This document shows positions 50,701 to 64,000 of a DNA stretch of 64,000 nucleotides, piece after piece; within the stretch, counting starts at the first letter, position 1; each line of letters starts with the position of its first letter. Both the position numbers and the translations under genes were made by a program. The notes below the pieces were generated by a model. The model did not search any database. It was not told where the DNA came from and was given only the letters and a program-made list of their open reading frames with translations. Location of the stretch: contig NC_073401.1 in the NCBI RefSeq assembly GCF_028641065.1, positions 20,398,001 through 20,462,000 on the forward strand, given 5' to 3'. The stretch is from Leucoraja erinacea. Lineage: Eukaryota.

Positions 50701-53168
50701 AGGCAGCCTGAAGCCGCGGTCTGCAGAGTTCCAGCTGGTGCGGCGTCCGCAGCCCGGGATCCCTCGTGGGGGACCTGGGGGAAGAAGAGCTCCAATTGCC
50801 GGCCCGCGGCCAACTTATACCGCGGGCCCGGCGTGGACTTACCATCACCCCTGGAGGGGAGCTTCGACCGCCGGCCCTGCGGTCTGCGGTGCTTCTGGCT
50901 GCGGCGCGGCGGAGACTTTAAATCTTCGACCGCCGGCCTGCGGCCTACACCAGCCTGAAGCCGCGGTCTCCGGTGGGGAAGAGCCGACTATGGAATGGCT
51001 CTGGACTCTGGTCCCGACCACAGGTGGAAATGGAAGAGGACTGGCCAATTTTTTATTGTGTATTGCGTGTTCTTTCTCATTGTATCGCTGCTGACATATT
51101 CATTCCACTTGCACTTTATGTGCAATGTGACGAATAAACCCGTATTGTATTGTAAGGGAGGCATATTTATTTCCCTGGAAACAGCAACCAAAACGCCCAA
51201 CCAGGTAGATACAAGGAACTGCGTATGTTGGTTTGCAATGAAAGACACAAAATTCTCAAATAATGCATTAGGTCAAGCAAGATCCCTGGAGAACATGGAT
51301 AGGTGACATTTCTGGTCGAAACCTTCCTACAGTCTGATGAAGGGCCCTGACTCAAAACATCACCTATCCATGTTCTCCAGAGATGCTGCCTGATCTGCTG
51401 AGTTACTCAGCATTTTGTGTCGCTCTCACATGTGATTTCCACCTGAAAAATCATGAAGTAATGCCATCTATAATAGATCCTCCTGTTGTAACCTCACATC
51501 AACCTTACTTCAAATTACCCTGGGTTATCATCATGAATATAAATATGATGTCTTCTATTGAGTTGCCATCCCAGTACCTGTTTACACAATATTAGAGGAC
51601 TGGAAATGATCCTGCTTGGTTTACCACACAGTCTCAAGGTGAGAAGCTGGTTCAGCTCAAATTAAGGAATTTATTCTTTCATAGAGACAGGTAGGCAGAG
51701 ACAGAAGGATATTATGGACTATTGATAAATCAAGGGATAACGTGCATGTGCGAGGACAAATACAAGATGTAAATGGCAAGTATACAGTTAATGGCAAGAC
51801 TCGTAGCAACATTAATACACTGAGGGACAAGCTTTGCCCATAGCTCCCTGAAAGTGGCAATACAAGTAGATAGAATGGTAAAAAAGACATAATTGTTCGG
51901 GGCACTGAGTATAAGGGCAGCTTTATAGGACTTTGGTTAGTCTTCATTTGGAGTATTGTCAGCGGTTCTGGTTAGACCATTAGAAAGATGTGGAGGCTTT
52001 GTTGAGGATGCAGAAGAGATTTATCAGAATGCTACCTGGATTAGAGGGTATTAGCTATAACAAGAGGTTGGACAAACTTAGATTGTTTTCTCTGAACCTC
52101 AGAGGTTGAGGGGAGACCTGATGAAAGTATATAAAATTATGCAAGGCATAGATAGGGTGGACAGTCAGAACCCTTTTCTCAGCGTGGAAAAAAAATACTA
52201 GAGTATAGCTTTAAAGCGAGAGCGGCAGCATTTAAAGGAGATGTGCGGGTAAGTTTTTTTTAAAAGAGAGAATGGTGGGTGCTGGGGGCCTTGCTGGAGG
52301 CATTTACAATAAGGGATTTTAAGTGGCTTTGCATAGGCACATGGATATGCGATGGAGAAACAGCTGGACACAGCAGGTACGAGACATTGTATGCCAACTA
52401 CTGCTTCTATTTTTTAATGTTGAGACCTGAGCTCTGTTCTTCACTGTTAAATAAATACCCCGATCCCCACTCCAGAGATATGTGCCTCCATTATGGAATT
52501 GCAAATAGATACAAACCAACACCGTAACTGAATGGACCAATGCTGTTATCCAAATAAGTACCAAAACTAAAATCCAGTTTTTATATCTTCCATGTTAGTC
52601 AGACATCATGGAAACTATCCCAATGGAGAAAAAGATTTACATTTACATTGCTCTGAACAATTCTCAGAACCACCTCTAATAGAACTGGCTCAAGTGATTT
52701 GCAGTCAATGAAATGCTTTTGAAGTCGAGTCAAAATTCCAAAGGAAAAAATGGAGCTGCCAATTTGCACACAGCAAGTCCACAAAAACAAAAACAAAACT
52801 AAAATCTAATATTCTGTATTTTACTAATCTTAACTGAGCCATAATCTTCAACTAGGATAGTGGGATAGCTCCACTGCTGTTTGATTGTCATCTTATCCAG
52901 CAGATAACGATTCTGATAGTGTGACACACTCTCAGCACCAGACTGCAATTTTAGCAGATTGTTGTGTTCACGTCAACAGATCGAATTTCCAGCCAACAAC
53001 CTTCTGCCGCAACAACTCTGACAATCAGCAGTAGAAACAAGGAACTGCAGATGCTTGATACCAAGTGCTGGAGTAACTCAACAGGTCAGGCAGAATTTCT
53101 GGAGAACATGGATAGCTGACGTTTTGGGTTGAGACCCTGCTTCAGACTGATTATGGTAGGGGGATGGT

Positions 53169-53205
<37 letters not shown>

Positions 53206-56200
53206 AAAAAAAGCAATCAACAAGGTAAATTATAGTTTTTTTTACAAAACATGACTGGGTGCGTTTTTGTAATTTCCAACAGAAGGAACAGGAAACAAAA
53301 AGAGGGAAAACTCCAGGCTCACCTGAATAACAGGAATAACGAATGCCAGTGTCTTGCCACTGCCAGTTGGTGCAGACACACAGATGTCGCTCGGTCGGTA
53401 GCCTCCTCTACCCAGGATCAGCCCATGTCTTGAACTCTCCAGCAAGGCAGGAATCAACTCAGCCTGAACTGCAGACAGCAAATTAGAATAAACATTTCAA
53501 AGTTAAGGACAGAATACTTGGACTTGTGGGAACAATAATGTTGATCTTGTGTAATATGGCAATGCTCACACATTAAGAGGTGTGTCCCTGTTTCAACCTC
53601 CAAATGGCAGTGGTAAAAACAGGAGTTTCAGTTGTTTGACTCTGCCACTATTTATCAACCATTGCTTCATATCCTTTTGATACTTGCACCCTTTTCACCG
53701 GTCATCCCCTCTTCCGATGGGCAGAAGATACAAAAGCTTGAAAGCAAATATCTGCACCTTCCTACACCACCAGATTTAGGAATAGCTTCTTCGTCCCCCC
53801 CACTATTATCAGAGATCTGAATGGTCCTCGCATAACCTAAAGTGTAGGGCTGAGCTTCCAACGTACTGCATTGTGGACCTTGGGTGCTTCCCTGTAACTG
53901 TAACACTATAATGCTGCAACACTATATTCTCCACTCTGCTATTTTTCTCTTTGTACTACATGTGCTGATTGGTCTTATGCAAGGTATGATTTGACCGGAG
54001 AGCAGGCACACAAAAGTTTTTCACTGTGTCTCAGTACACGCAACAATAATAAACCAATACCAATGATGCCCAATAAAAATATACTAATCTTTGATTTTAA
54101 ATTTTCAAATGCCCTAACACTTTTTTTGTACATGCAAGTCAGGCAGATGGGAGAGATCCAGATTTACACTTGCCATTTTCTGATATCCCAACATACAAGA
54201 GGATAAATCATCTCTTTGGAATCCCAAATAAAATTAAAATACTCAGCAGGTCAGGCAGAATCTGTGATGAGAAAGAATTAACCCTTTTGTGCAATGTCTC
54301 TTCATTGGAACTAGAGAAGTGAGAGAATAAGTGTTTTAAATTTGCAGAATAGGGGTGGGATGAGTTGAGGGAACAAGGATTATGTCTGTGATACAGTGGA
54401 GACCAAAGTTGCCCAGCTAACACAATGGTTTCAGTGCCATCTCTTCAGACAGTTCTCAAGTTACATTCTGAAATTGCAAGATATATTTTCTCCTTTCTGG
54501 AAACTTCTCCAATTTAATTCTCCAACTATACCCCACTCAGTAGGCATTGACCATTCATAATTATATTTAGGAATGTAATTCAAATATGTACGAACTCAAC
54601 CAACATACCTACCTAGAACAGAAGATGGAATTATCTGAAAACTACTGAAACATATCCTATGAGTCAAGAGTGTTTTATTGTCATGTCCTGGATAGAACAA
54701 TGAAATTCTTACTTACTGCAGCACAACAGAATATGTCCAGTTTTCAGGCTCCTGTTCCTTCTTCCCGATGGCAGTGTTGAAATGAGTGTGTGGCCAAGAG
54801 ATTACATTTCTACCATGCTTTTAATGTTGCAAGAAACCCCAAGGAATTGCACAGGGGTGCAGGAATCAAACAGTGACACAAAACAAAGGAGGAGATACTG
54901 AGATAGTTGACCAAGTTGTGGACAAGGAGACAGTCTTAAAGGATCTTGTTAAAGACGGAGAGAAAAGTACACAGGCAAGCAGAGTGATACAAGAATGGGA
55001 TTCGATAACTTTGGTCCTCCACTGTTAGAAGCATGGATGGCAGTGGTGAAAATAACGTGGAACAGCTCAGGTAAGTTTACAGAATTTGAGGAGATTACAA
55101 GAATAGGGAAGGGAAAGACCATAGAAGGGTTTGAAAATAAGGACAGGAAATTTTAAGTTGAGCTGCCCCCCCCCCCCCCCCCCCCTAAATTGTGCCCCTC
55201 CCATGCTTTGATTGCGATTTCCGCTCATGTACACCTCTATCAAATCACCTCTTAAACTTTGCTTGCAAGGAAGACAACTTCTCCAGTATACCCATATAAC
55301 TGAAGGTCACTAGCTCTCTCAAGGACTAAATATTATTTCTATCACATAACACCAACATACCTGGGAAAAAAGAACGGATACCATTTGCTTGAAGCTTTTG
55401 AATTAGTGTAGGGTGGATTCCTGGGACATCATCAACAGCTCTAAGATTCTGCTTGATGTCTTTGTTAACCAATGTGGGTTTGGAGAGCCACTGGGGTAAG
55501 ACCCGCTGAACCTGGGGAAGACATAATAAATTTAGGTTGACAACATAGTACAATCATGGTTCAATTTCTATGTCCTAAGTATTTACCTTAATCCAGCATT
55601 ACCATATGTCTCCAGATCAAGGAGGTTCAAATATGTGTGACACCAGACAGGTTTGAAGGAAGTTGCACCTTTGGTGTTGTCCTCTTCAAACATACCACAA
55701 CAGGTATGTGTATCATATACATTCAGAGTCATGCCCTCTCTATTGGTTCTTCACTTGTAGTTGAAGTATATGCAAAAATTAAATTCATAGCAAATTCTCT
55801 ACTGTCCCATCAAATGTTCCCAAGACAAGTACAGCACTGATTCAATATAACACAAAGCTTCCTCTAGCCTGACCCATCATCTTTTCCAGCATGGGTTAAG
55901 TAATAACATTCAATGTGCTTTCCCAATCAAAACTCACAAACAGAAGACATAGGTTTAAGGTGAAGGGGAAAATAGTTAATAGGAATCTGAGGGATAAAAT
56001 TTTCACACAAAGGGTGGTGGTTGTATGCAACGAGCTTCCAGAGGAGGTAGTTGAGGAAGGGACTATTGCAACATTTAAGAAACAATTGGACAGGTACATT
56101 GGACAGGTTTAGAGGGATATGGGCCAAATGCAGACAGATAGGATAAGTGCACATGGTAAATGTTGGTCGGTGTAGGCAGTTTGGGCCGAAGGGCCTGTTT

Positions 56201-59200
56201 CCACCCTGTATGACTATAAAAAGATTGGAAAAACGAGACATAATCTCAATCATGCATAGAGCACACTAGCAACATATGGAATCAGGTAATATAAACTGTC
56301 GATTCTATTAAGGCACTGCATATTTTACCACTGTGTGCAGTGCATGTTGAATCAAATATCCTGCACTGTATGGACTTTGGTGAGACCATGGCAACAATCC
56401 ATTTTTCATATAATAAAATGAAGTAATTGAGAGAAGCAATATAGGGAAGGTGATGTGTTGCATATGAATGTGAGGAAGTTTAGCACGATCCATGATGACT
56501 ACAGCTACTGCAAGTGTTGCAACTCCAGGATTCTGGGAAAACATGAGGTGGAAATGTTACCCAGAGATGTTGCTCCACTAGGCAGTCAAACGTAACAGGA
56601 GCTAATGACACTCCGCTTGTGCTGCCTTTTGGGACATGTCTTACTCAAAGACATGTCCCAAAAGGCAGCACAAGAGTGTCAGCCGCTGCCGTTGCCCAAT
56701 AGAAGCTTAATTTTAGCAGCTCTTGTGGGCAAGAGTAGACACTCCAGGGAGAATGACAAACTGATCAGGACTTAGATGACAAGAAATGTCATCACCATAG
56801 GGCAGTGAAACTTTGCTATGGAGAACAAAGTCATTCAAGGCAGAGAACAATATAGATTTTTTGAATATTAAAGGAATCAAGGGGCAGAATTATTGCAAGA
56901 TAGGAACACTGAGATAAAAGATTATCCATGATCTTCTTTAATGGCGGACAGGTACAAGGGCTGAATGTCAGAATCCTGCTTCTACTTCACTGGCTAACAC
57001 TGTCCTATTGAACATTCCCAGGGCAAGAACAGCAGTAGTTAGATGCAGAGTAAAGCTCCCTGTAAATTGTCCTATCAAATATTCCCAAAGCAGGTACAAC
57101 AAATGTTAAAGTGAGAATCTGACCATTGAAATAACAAATGTAGGGGTAATGTATTATTAATTATTCCTTCTCTCCAGAGATGCTGCCTGTCCCGCTGAGT
57201 TACTCCAGCATTTTGTGTCTACCTTCGATTTAAACCAGCATCTGCAGTTCTTTCCTGCACATGTAGGGATAGCACAAATATGATATAAAAAGTAAAATTC
57301 TATCATTCAAACGTGCTCAGGAATCAAATATTCCTGGCCTGGGCAATTTCGGTAACTCAGGTTGATTATTTTCAAACTTTTTTCAGAATTTTATTTACCT
57401 TTTCAACCTTTTTCTTCTTAAAGCCTCCAAGGATGGCGAATGTGGACGTGGAAGCGGCTGATGTTTGATTCTCATTATGAGCACTTTCTTCTTTCAATTC
57501 AAGCTGATCTGCTTTCCCCAAATCTTCATTCCCCTTCTCTTGCGACTTAATTAGTTCCCCAGATACATCCAAAGGACTTGCCTTATCATCAGTAGTTTCA
57601 TCTGAAGTGGTAAATCATGAATTGGAATATGAACCAGATATGTCAGCATGTTACATCAAAACAATTCAAAAAAGATGTTTCATGCAATCAGTGTAAATTT
57701 TGAATTGCTCTGCCATATTGACAAACAGTTGCCATTCTGTACATCGTTGAGATATGTCACTGCAAAATCTGTTTTGCTCATGGTATGAATGTTGATTAAA
57801 GACACCAGAAGAACTTGCTCCTCCTCAGCAAACCAGGATCTATCACATCCACCCGAACTGGCTGGTCAAACTATGTTCCTTGATTGAATGGGGACTCCAG
57901 AGACATCAGGAAACCGGGGGAGGGGGGGTTAGTGCGAGGAATGATGGTGGTGGGAATAATGGCAGAGGTGTGTGGGGTGAGACAGTCATCTAACAATTAG
58001 GAAAAAATACAATGAATATCCTATTATATCTTGTTAATTTGCTTTAAAAGGCAAGGATTACTTGTCTTAATGACTACAGGCCTGTCACACTGACCTCTGT
58101 AGACACTTGAACTTGTAGGCTTGTGCAGGCCATGGCAAAAAATATCACAATCCTGTTTGTTGATTTTAGCTCTGCATTCAACACCATTGTGCCAGAGCTA
58201 CTACACTCCAAACTTTCCGAGTTGACTGTGCCTGAACCCCTCTGTTGGTGGATCACCAGCTTCCTGACAGACAGTACGCAGCATGTGAGGCTGGGAAAAC
58301 ACATCTCGGACCCGCCAACGCTCAGAATAGGAGCACCGCAAGGCTGCGTACTCTCTCCTCTACTCTCTCTACACCAACGACTGCACTTTCACAGACACCT
58401 CTGTCAAGCTTCTCAAGTTTGCGGACAACACAAACCTGATTGGACTGATCCAGGATGGGGAGGAAGTATCACAGCTGGCGTCCTGGTGCCATTGCAACAA
58501 CCTAGAGCTCAATCTCTTAAGACAGTGGAATTGATTGTAGACTTTAGGAGAGCTCCCCCTCCCCTCACCCCACTCACCATCAACAACACCACAGTCACAT
58601 CTGTGAAGTATTTTAAGTTCCTGGGAACCATCATCTCCAAGGACCTTAAGTGGGGGACTACCATCGACTCCACAGTCAAAAAGGCACAACAGAGGATGTA
58701 CTTCCTCTGGCAGCTGAGGAAGCACAATCTGCCAGACAATGATGGTCCAATTCTACACGGCCATCGTAGAGTCTGTTCTCACTTTCTCCATCATGGTCCG
58801 GTTTGGCTCAGCCACCAAGCACGACACCTGGAGGCTGCAGCGAATCGTCCGATCAGCTGAGGTTATTGGCTGCAACCTTCCCTCCATTGATGAACTGTAC
58901 ACTGCAAGGGCCAGGAAGCGAGCGGGCAAGATCATCTCTGACCCCTCTCACCCTGGCCACAAACTCTTTGAATCACTTCCCTCTGGAAGGCGACTCCGGA
59001 CTGTCAAAGCTGCCACAGCCAGATATAAAAACGTTTTTATCCACGAGTAGTTGCTCTACTTAACACCAAAAATCTGTAGCCTCCCTTTGATCTGGTATTT
59101 TGTTGGTTCACATGCTTGATCAATGGTATTTTATCATGAATTTTTTATTATTATTAATGTTTAGTGTTTTCTGAGTCATTCGTAACTGTCACTGTATGTC

Positions 59201-61610
59201 ATGTTGTTACTTGTGGGTGGAGCACCAAGGCAAATTCCTTGTATGTGAATACTTGGCCAATAAACTTACTTGCTTACTTACTTCACTTCTTTTAAGGACT
59301 TACATAGAAAATAGGTGCAGGATTTGGTCATTCGGCTCTTCGAGCCAGCACCACCATTCAACATGATCATGGCTGATCATCCAAAATCAGTGCCCCGTTC
59401 CTGCTTTTTCCCCACATCCCTTGATTCCATTAGCCCCCAAGAGCTAAATCTAACTCTCTCTTGAAAACATCCAGTAGAATTGACCTCCACTGCCTTCTGT
59501 GGCAGAGAATTCCACAGATTCACAACTCTGGGTGAAAAGGTTTTTCCTCATCTCAGTCCTAAATGGCCTACCCCTTATTCTTGAACCTGTGACCCCTGGT
59601 TCTAGACTCCTCCAACGTGGGGAACATTTTTCCTGCATCTAGCCTGTCCAATCCCTTAAGAATATTATGTTTTTAATCCCATTTCATCCTAAATTCCAGT
59701 GAATACAAGTCCAGTCTGTCATTATATGTCAGTCCCGCCATCCCGGGAATTAACATGGTGAATCTACGCTGCACTCCTCAATAGCAATAATGTCCTTCCT
59801 TAAATTAGGAGACCAAAACTGCACACAATACTCCAGGTGTTGGCTCACCTGTACAACCGCGATAGGACCTCCTTGCTCCTAAAATCAAATCCTCTCGCAA
59901 TGAGAGCCAACATGCCATTAGCTTTTTTCACTGCCCGCTGTACCTGCATGCTTACTTTCAGTGAATGATGTACAAAGACACCCAGGTCTCGTTGCACTTC
60001 CCCCTTTCCTAATCTGACACCATTCAGATAATAATCTGCCTCCCTGTTCTTGTCACCAAAGTGGATAACCTCACATTTATCCACATTATACTGCATCTTC
60101 CCACTCACCCAACCCATTCAAGTCACCCTGCAGCTCATAGCATCCTCTTCACAGCTTACTCTGCCAGCCAACTTTGTGTCATCCGCAAATTTGGAGATGT
60201 TACATTTAATTCCCTCGTCTAAATCATTAATATTTTAAACTTTTAAAGTTTAAATTTTGTTAAAATGTATCGTTACAGTTTAATGTAATGTTAAAATTTT
60301 AAAGTTTTAGGCCCTGCATTCAATTCACTGGATTCACAAACTTTTTACACTATATCTATCAACAACCTAAGAGGAAACCCAGTAGCATTTGCGCATTGAT
60401 ACATGTATTTATCTTTTCTTTCTGCTTCATCACCACTGATCTTGATTATTTCTGGAATAAGTTCTCAGTACCAAGACCTGCATCACCACCTTGCTTGGGC
60501 TTTGGTTTTCTTCCTCTTTCCTTGTTGCCTCTCGCCAGGTGCTTTGTCTTCTTTCTGCCTTCTTCTGAAATTCCTGCCTCTTCCTTTGCTTTCCTTTTCC
60601 CTTTTCTGTCTTGTACACCCTCACTTTCCTTGTTCTCTCCCTTTTGTTCATTTGTGGTACCAGTCTTGATTCCTAGCTGCTGTTGCCTGACTTTGGCTTC
60701 TTGGTGAAGCTTCTGGAGTAAAATTTGGGATCGGGATTTATCATTGAGATTGTTGGTGGGTTCATCATCACCCAGATACCTAGAATTCAAAAGAAAAAGG
60801 AAACAGGTGTTATTAACCAGTCAACAGCTGCTGTAGATGAAAATTTACACTTCTACATCCAGCTGTGAACAAGTAGATTTTCACATCAGTCGGGAATCTC
60901 CTGCCTTGCATTTGTATGAGTAATGTAGATTCCTTGACAAAGCACTTCCACACTTTGCTAAAGTAACCTGACACTAAAAAAAAATTCTACAAAATAAGAT
61001 TAATACATAATCACCTATCAACATCACAATCATCTTGACCTTGTTTCCTTACAATAATTCATTACCTTCCCCAAAATATTTGGGGGGTTTTCATAGGTGT
61101 TAAAGTGCAATTAGGAAGCTGAATGTCATCCTTTCAGGCTGCGCAGGATGAGGAAACAGCACCCTACAGACAGCACGTTGCTGGAGATCATACATTCTTG
61201 GAGCAGAATATGGCCATTCGGCCCATCATGTCTACTCCGCCATTCAATCATGCCTGATTTATCTTTCCTTCTCAAGCCCACTCTACACGTAGTTTTTTAA
61301 GAAGGAACTGCAGATGCTGGAGAATCGAAGGTTACACAAAAAAGCTGGAGAAACTCAGCGGGTGCAGCAGCATCTATGGAGCGAAGGAAATAGGCAACGT
61401 TTCGGGCCGAAACCCTTCTTCAGACCACTCTACACATAACCTCCTCCCCAATCCCCACCTCTCCCTTACGCCTTTGCCACACTTCCCACCAAGCACCATC
61501 ACCTTAAGCCTCCCTTCACCACCCTCCCCCCTTTCCAACCCCCATTTCCCCTCCCTCCCACGTGAAGAGGGAGAAGCCCATTCGCACCTGTTAATACAGA
61601 ACAGCGCCAT
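32732..61610 (-). CDS. DDX51: ATP-dependent DEAD-box RNA helicase DDX51. Exons 61610-61588, 60779-~60472, 57601-57399, 55511-55361, 53468-53323, 49701-49630, 48737-48631, 47567-47459, 47098-46953, 43447-43234, 39085-38970, 38725-38609, 38400-38299, 36101-36038, 34963-34829, 32758-32732
   Basis: N-terminus MALFCINRY; Q motif FFPVQ; [19 protein letters not shown]; PTKELAQQ; TPGRLVDH; IIDEADRM; [13 protein letters not shown]; ARGID; YIHRIGRTAR. All joins are GT-AG and in phase; the exon-2 donor is ambiguous between 60472 and 60478. Confidence 0.95.
32963..33259 (-). mobile_element. tRNA-derived SINE (HE1/V-SINE-like)
   Basis: Reverse complement of the SINE at 35382. Confidence 0.85.
33717..34022 (+). 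mobile_element. tRNA-derived SINE (HE1/V-SINE-like)
   Basis: A-box-like head, V-domain-like body and (CTAAA)n tail. Confidence 0.85.
35382..35696 (+). mobile_element. tRNA-derived SINE (HE1/V-SINE-like)
   Basis: GGTGGCGCAGCGGTAG A box, GTTCGATCC B box and (CTAAA)n tail. Confidence 0.88.
36236..36733. mobile_element. PIF/Harbinger-like MITE
   Basis: TIRs AGGGGCTGTCCCACTT / AAGTGGTCCAGCCCCT; TTA TSD on both sides; internal palindrome ATTTTTCAACATGTTGAAAAAT and degenerate cttcgacta repeats. Confidence 0.8.
45341..45635. mobile_element. PIF/Harbinger-like MITE related to 36236-36733
   Basis: TIRs AGGGCCTGTCCCAC / GTGGGACAGGGCCT and the same internal palindrome TTTTTCAACATGTTGAAAAA. Confidence 0.78.
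48160..48498. other. Assembly gap (N run) inside a DDX51 intron
   Basis: Run of N. The flanking exons join in phase, so no coding exon needs to lie in the gap. Confidence 0.98.
50409..51155. repeat. GC-rich interspersed repeat related to 30980-32210
   Basis: Shared gttttgttatggggggg...ggggaaac start and an A-rich tail with aataaa; family not assigned. Confidence 0.5.
56616..56674. repeat. Perfect 27-bp inverted repeat with a 5-nt loop
   Basis: cttgtgctgccttttgggacatgtctt-actca-aagacatgtcccaaaaggcagcacaag. Confidence 0.92.
58050..59283 (+). mobile_element. Truncated L2/Rex1-Babar-like LINE with (CTTA)n tail
   Basis: Peptides [34 protein letters not shown] and [17 protein letters not shown]; frameshifted. 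Confidence 0.9.
59304..60230 (-). mobile_element. CR1 LINE 3' fragment
   Basis: Peptide [14 protein letters not shown]...[13 protein letters not shown] and CR1 3' UTR. Confidence 0.88.
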
Positions 61611-61675
61611 GGACACGCGGCTCGGCCTAGTCCCGTCACCCGGCAACCAGACGGAGCACACGGCGGCGCATTCTG

Positions 61676-61774
61676 TGACGTCATCGCGAGCGACCATATG
61701 TGCCCCCCCCCCCCCCCCCCCCTTCAGGGAATGGAGTCAGGACAGTTCGGCGCAGCGGCAGCGCCCCCTACTGC
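61676..61774. promoter_or_regulatory. DDX51 CpG promoter with a full CRE and a CTCF-like motif
   Basis: TGACGTCA at 61676-61683, about 70 nt upstream of the ATG; AGCGCCCCCTACTGC at 61760-61774 resembles the CTCF core. Confidence 0.55.
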
Positions 61775-64000
61775 TGGGAGTGACTGAGAGAGCGCCAGTG
61801 CTCTGCCGGAGGAGGGGGATGTCGATACATTTCCCTTCCCTAAGCACCACATGGTAGTTAATGAACAACCAACTCAGTTCATATATATTGCTTCAGCTAC
61901 GTATTGGGGAAAAAAACGGTTCCCACTCACACGGAGGATTTTCCAGCACTGTTAGTGTGAAAATTACATGCTATTTTTCAGCCCATATGTTGTCATTGTC
62001 TTGTTGCATTTAGGTAAATGGGAATTACATATTTCTTGCATGCAACAAGACCTAGATTGAAGTAAGGATGGCCTTCGTGTTCCAGCATTTAAGTTATCTA
62101 CGCAGTAGACGTGCAATTCTAATACATTTAGTAGTTCTCGTTAGCTGCCGTCTCCCTAAAAAGGAGAGGGTTTAAAATGAGATGATGGGCGGTTGAATTG
62201 CATTGTGTAATTGAAAGACTTGTATATCAAATTGAGCAAGCAACATTCGTGTATGTTATTGAGGGTTGTAAGTGCAAGCAGTTCAGATAAATAAAGGTGG
62301 AATACTTGTATTCAGAGGCGATGAGCCAACAGATTGTGAGAGGGGACCGAGGTGCATCGAGTAAACGTCCTGGATAGACCGAACCAAAGGTCAGAGACTG
62401 AACTGAGCACAGATTCTGATTTTGAAGCACGTATTTTTAAAGTATCACATTTAATCGCAAAGATGGTAGAATGGTCAAACTTCACAATCGTTATCTTCAT
62501 AAAAAAGCAATGGAATTCTGATCACTTTCATTATTGGAATTAATCTAGTCTGGGCAAACTGAACCATGGACTGGCTTGACATCCAGGGCAATCTTCAAGA
62601 GCAGCTACATCTAGCTACAAGCTAGATATTTTCCCACAATGGGGAAGAGTTGGGAATGTAAACCAGACCAGCCTGGGGGACAAGAGAGCAGAGAGAAGAG
62701 CATATGGCAGATACCACAGGCCATTAAAATAATTGAAAACCGGAGGGAAATACATTATACATAGAAAACACATATGTGTGTGTGTGCGTATATATATGTA
62801 TATGACATGATGTGCTGAATGGTCTCTTCTCATTCTGTGATCCTATCCAGTTTGTCAGTTCTAGTTGACAAGTTATATATGTTTTTGGCTCCCATAATCT
62901 TCTTGCTAGGCTCACCAGATTTACCTTCTGCTGTTTTTCCAGAGGTCAGAGACCTTTAGCTCATCACAGCACTGTCTAAATACACTGAATATTTCTCATG
63001 GAAACAATTGCTATCATGGAAACAGAACAGTCCATTATAGTTTGATCACCTCTTCACCTTTACATTCCATTGTTTTGGTTATGTAGCTCACCTGGGTTTG
63101 ACTTTGTGCATTGTACACTGTATTTGTTTGGGCATGTTAAACATGGCCTTATTGAGAGTCCCAAAACTTCAATTTTCTTGCTTCAACATCCAGAGGTTGA
63201 GTTAATTCTGCCTTTCAGCCTTGACTCCATCCATTGTACTCTCTCTGATCCATCATCCCGGCGCGAGGGCCTGAGCATCGGGCCGCCCATGGCGGCGACT
63301 GCGGGTGCTCGGGAGGCCCCGACCACGGGTGAACATCTGGGAAGATCGGCGGGGAGGCTGGCTGGATTATGGTACCTTCCTCAACTTTGGTGCCACTGTG
63401 CTGTGTTGTGGTTATGTTGTCATGGACTTCTGTGTTTGTGCTTTTTTTTTAATTTGAATTTTTATTTTAATATGTTTATTTATTATTTATTATACTTGAC
63501 TGTAAGGAAAATTCATTTCGTTGACTCTAATATGAGATAATGACAATTAATTGAATACAATACAATATTCTGCTCCAGCAAACGCAGCGCATTAGTCCGT
63601 CTGCTCACTCTAGCAGATGTCTGTGCTGACAAGTGGATGCAAAGGCTCCCTTGTAATTGAACAAACCCAATAGGCTTTAGACAGATTTGTACAACTGGAC
63701 ATGGTAACAGGTGTAATTGTTCCATTTGTTATTTGCAAAACATTCATCGGAAAACACACTAACCAAGCGTGAACATTAGAACCACTTCAGCATATGAGAT
63801 TAATGGGTACCTGTGATGATGTCTTCTCCAAGCCTGTTAATATCACCATATCTCCAAAGCAGTAACATGTTTGTTTCCTTCCCAAAATGAACACCAATTT
63901 TACAGCATGTGTGATTATTGACCATGTTAGATGTGACCCGATCTGATAATTTTTATGCTCACTCGGCGGCTGTGTTCTATTGCCCGAGAGATGCAGTGCC

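Noticed and set aside
50409-51094. Overlapping 130-220 aa ORFs
   Set aside because: GC-rich interspersed repeat inside a DDX51 intron, with no recognisable domain.
56606-56745. Possible H/ACA snoRNA (two hairpins followed by ACA)
   Set aside because: The ACA arrangement is on the strand opposite to DDX51, there is no clear H box, and the first stem lacks a pseudouridylation pocket.

Overview
Vertebrate genomic DNA, most likely from a cartilaginous fish (skate/ray-like; inferred from HE1/V-SINE tRNA-derived SINEs, CR1 and Penelope fragments). About half of the window is repeats. Three spliced minus-strand genes were assembled by hand from GT-AG boundaries. (1) DDX51 DEAD-box helicase, 16 exons, 61610->32732. 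(2) A PML/TRIM19-like gene, 29007->16680, with RING, B-box1, B-box2, coiled coil, an acidic SIM-like exon and a DEDDh exonuclease-like domain whose catalytic residues are degenerate. (3) A stand-alone Plex9-like DEDDh 3'-5' exonuclease of about 304 aa, 7782->4726, with all five catalytic residues intact. A ~1.3-kb promoter/first-exon block occurs twice (about 135-1421 and 8705-11035), implying another exonuclease paralog just left of the window. All three units have a tandem GAAA (ISRE/IRF-E) element at their 5' end. The most notable feature is therefore a putative interferon-inducible cluster pairing an RBCC pseudo-nuclease with active nuclease paralogs next to DDX51, with phase-compatible splice sites that could fuse them. 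Also present: a non-autonomous Helitron, Harbinger-like and hAT-like MITEs, a perfect 27-bp hairpin and one assembly gap. All gene models are manual and untested. Repeat boundaries are approximate.
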